From Marsupella aquatica (Eukaryota; Plantae; Marchantiophyta), in NCBI GenBank assembly GCA_973895155.1, contig OZ316892.1, positions 22,421,168 through 22,485,167 on the forward strand: a DNA stretch of 64,000 nt. Reading direction: 5' to 3'. The notes under the pieces were generated by a model that was not told the DNA's origin, made no database searches, and saw only the letters and a list, made by a program, of their open reading frames with translations. Numbering within the stretch: position 1 is the first letter of the stretch; each line of letters opens with the position of its first letter. The position numbers and the translations under genes are program-made. Shown piece by piece: positions 61,826 to 64,000 of the stretch.

Positions 61826-62574
61826 TTCTATAATATGCAATGTTGCCAAAAAGTTCTTTCATCTGCTTTAAGAATTCAGAAATGGAGTGAACTAACATGA
61901 GCCATCAAATGTTTTTAAGATTTTTTTGTGCTCTTGGATTTACTGACTGACCAGGTATGTCAAATGATTTGCTTATTTTAACAGTAAAATACAGAATACA
62001 TGAGATGATACTTATATGAGATCACCTCGAGTGTGTATTTAAGCTAGTATGAAAGGACACAAGTTTGGAAGTACAATATTTTGGGGCATGAGAATATTTT
62101 TGGATTTTTCACAATAAGAGGTTAGTGTGAGACTGTAGAAGGAAGAAAAATGGGTTAATTATTCTTTTTAAGTCTACTCCTTCTTCTATGTATTTTTCTG
62201 TTTATTTAATGATGCCAAGAAAGAAAGGGGGGAGGAATGGAGTGGCCTAGGAGTCAAGAAAGAGGAAAAAATAGGAAAAATGTTCTCCTCCCAATAGAAT
62301 TGTGCCCCACACCTTGACCTGGCAAAGGACCGGGGATTCTCACCTCTCTTGAGCTCTCTCTCACCCTTCCACGTACATTCTTGCTCTCATCAACAACATA
62401 GCTTTCACAACAATAACATTCAATATCTTTTCCAAAATAAAATAGAAGTGCAAAAGTGAGGGCATTATTTCATGTGCTATTTTGAACAAGATATGCACAT
62501 TGAAAACACTTTTATCATGAAATTTGCAAGAAAGAATTATGGCAAATCCAAAATTTTCAGTTTGATTCACCTAA

Positions 62575-62740
62575 CACTAGTACATATTTAGCTGATTTCC
62601 CATGTTCAATTTTTGCAAACAATTGATGTCCTATTCTTTTTTTAAGAACTGGAAACTCCCATTATCACAAAATGTCAATATGTCATACTCTATGTCATAC
62701 TCTCGGGGCTTCAGATATCTTCATTTCCAATTTAATTAAA
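62575..62740 (+). mobile_element. Orphan CACTA terminus, same family as the left end at 7370
   Basis: CACTAGTACATATTTAGCTGATTTCC...ATACTCTCGG...GATATCTTCATTTCC aligns with 7370-7515, with most CpGs lost; no partner end in the window. Confidence 0.88.
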
Positions 62741-62744
62741 TGCC

Positions 62745-63075
62745 TAGAGCTTCTTCAGTTCTATGTGCCAAAGTATTTGGTCAGGTCCTGACGCACTTTG
62801 TCTAGGCAGTGCCGTAAGTATAGTCGATATGGCATAGGCATACCGCAGGATCCCACTTTGCGTTTTGTGATGGATACCTATGCCACCTGGTATAGAAAAC
62901 TTGGCGGGCTACATCAATAGCCCTAAAGGGCATATGTGGCGATGGATTCAGCCAGTGGGTAGGGTACAACAGTTGTTGCCCACTCTCAATACACTCATTA
63001 CATTATGACGCATGCATGCCACTTGGAGTATTATATTAGAGGTGGAGAGGAGATCTTTGTTCGATCACTATCCAA
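62745..63075 (+). pseudogene. Decayed SET-domain relic homologous to the CACTA SET ORF at 16726-17562
   Basis: ELLQFYVPKYLVRS*RTLSRQCRKYSRYGIGIPQDP vs EHLFPYIGPVYTSKSWNILLRQHPAWGVYALQMDSDP; ENLAGYINS vs DNIAGYINS; HYIMTHA / IRGGEEIFV vs HVMTVA / IRAGDELFC. Confidence 0.8.
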
Positions 63076-64000
63076 GATCCTCAAGTTAGTTTTGGGAGTT
63101 TCATTGATATACGCAGCCAACTTAACATTCAATAGTTGCTAACACTGCGTAAGAAAATGATGACTTGAAAATAGCCCAGGGCAAAGTTAGACCAGTCTTA
63201 GCAGGTGGCAGTGAAGATTTCTAGCTGGTAAATTGTTGTAGCTTGTGGACTGGGGAAGGTTTCTTGTGCGGATAATCAGCTCCTGCCATCCTTCATGGTT
63301 CTGGAAGCAATTAATGCTTAGAAGCCCTTTGTTTAGGGTACGTTTTGTCGTCTGAGGGGTCTGACGTTGCAGACTAGGGCCACGTTTCTACTCATGCTCA
63401 TACACCACCAGAAGCTCTGGTTATTCTACTATAATTAATATCATACAATTCAAAACTCTACACACAAGCAAAACTGTCAAGTCCCCAGGTAAAAAATCAA
63501 ATGAAACTGTCTTACTGTAACATGTGGGACTTTGACCCAATTTGTTGTTTGGAGTTATTTCTCGGAATGGTTTTTACTTTATATATTTGCCAGTGGCAAA
63601 AAAACCCCCACGCCAAGGGGGAGCAAGCAGCCACAAGAAGCGCAGATGTGCACAACTTTATCAGCATGAATGAACAGTAGCTCACAAATAGCCAAAGGCC
63701 ATAAAAGAGTACAAGAGACCATGCACTCCCATGCTAGAACAACCTTGAGCACAGCCCGGGAACAAAAAGAGCCAGACCACTAGCCCTACCAACAGCCAGT
63801 TAATGGAGAAGTGCCAAAGGGACCAATGAGAGAGGACCAGATGAGATGCAGTCACATCCATGCCTGAGACAGTTCCTACCCTGGTCACCAATCCAGGTTT
63901 TGGCTCTGAGTTATTAGGCACTACTTACTAAAACGACAGTTCTAGGGAAATTGTACTCCAGAGGTAAGAACCAAGGTTGGCCAGATCTCTAGTGTTCAAA

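Overview
Eukaryotic nuclear DNA with GT-AG introns, from a non-flowering land plant (probably a bryophyte; this is an inference from gene content). The left half (1-31.8 kb) is a nest of transposable elements. It holds a solo LTR, a LINE relic and a ~5 kb TIR element with palindromic arrays that contains a non-autonomous CACTA. It also holds a decayed Ty3/Gypsy retrotransposon (12130-31779, minus strand) with a 10.3 kb CACTA transposon (12525-22790, ATA TSD) inserted into it. Both large elements carry chromatin-enzyme domains. The Gypsy pol has a DNMT3-like C5 cytosine methyltransferase between protease and RT, and a PHD finger at the integrase C-terminus. The CACTA has a SET-domain exon inside the first intron of its transposase gene, in splice phase with the shared first exon. 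A second, diverged SET relic lies next to another CACTA terminus at 62.6-63.1 kb. The right half holds host genes: a 6-exon SURNod19-family gene, an intact F-box/Kelch gene plus two relics, a histone H3.3-type pseudogene and an 11-exon anthranilate synthase alpha gene. All calls come from reading the sequence by eye; no database searches were run.
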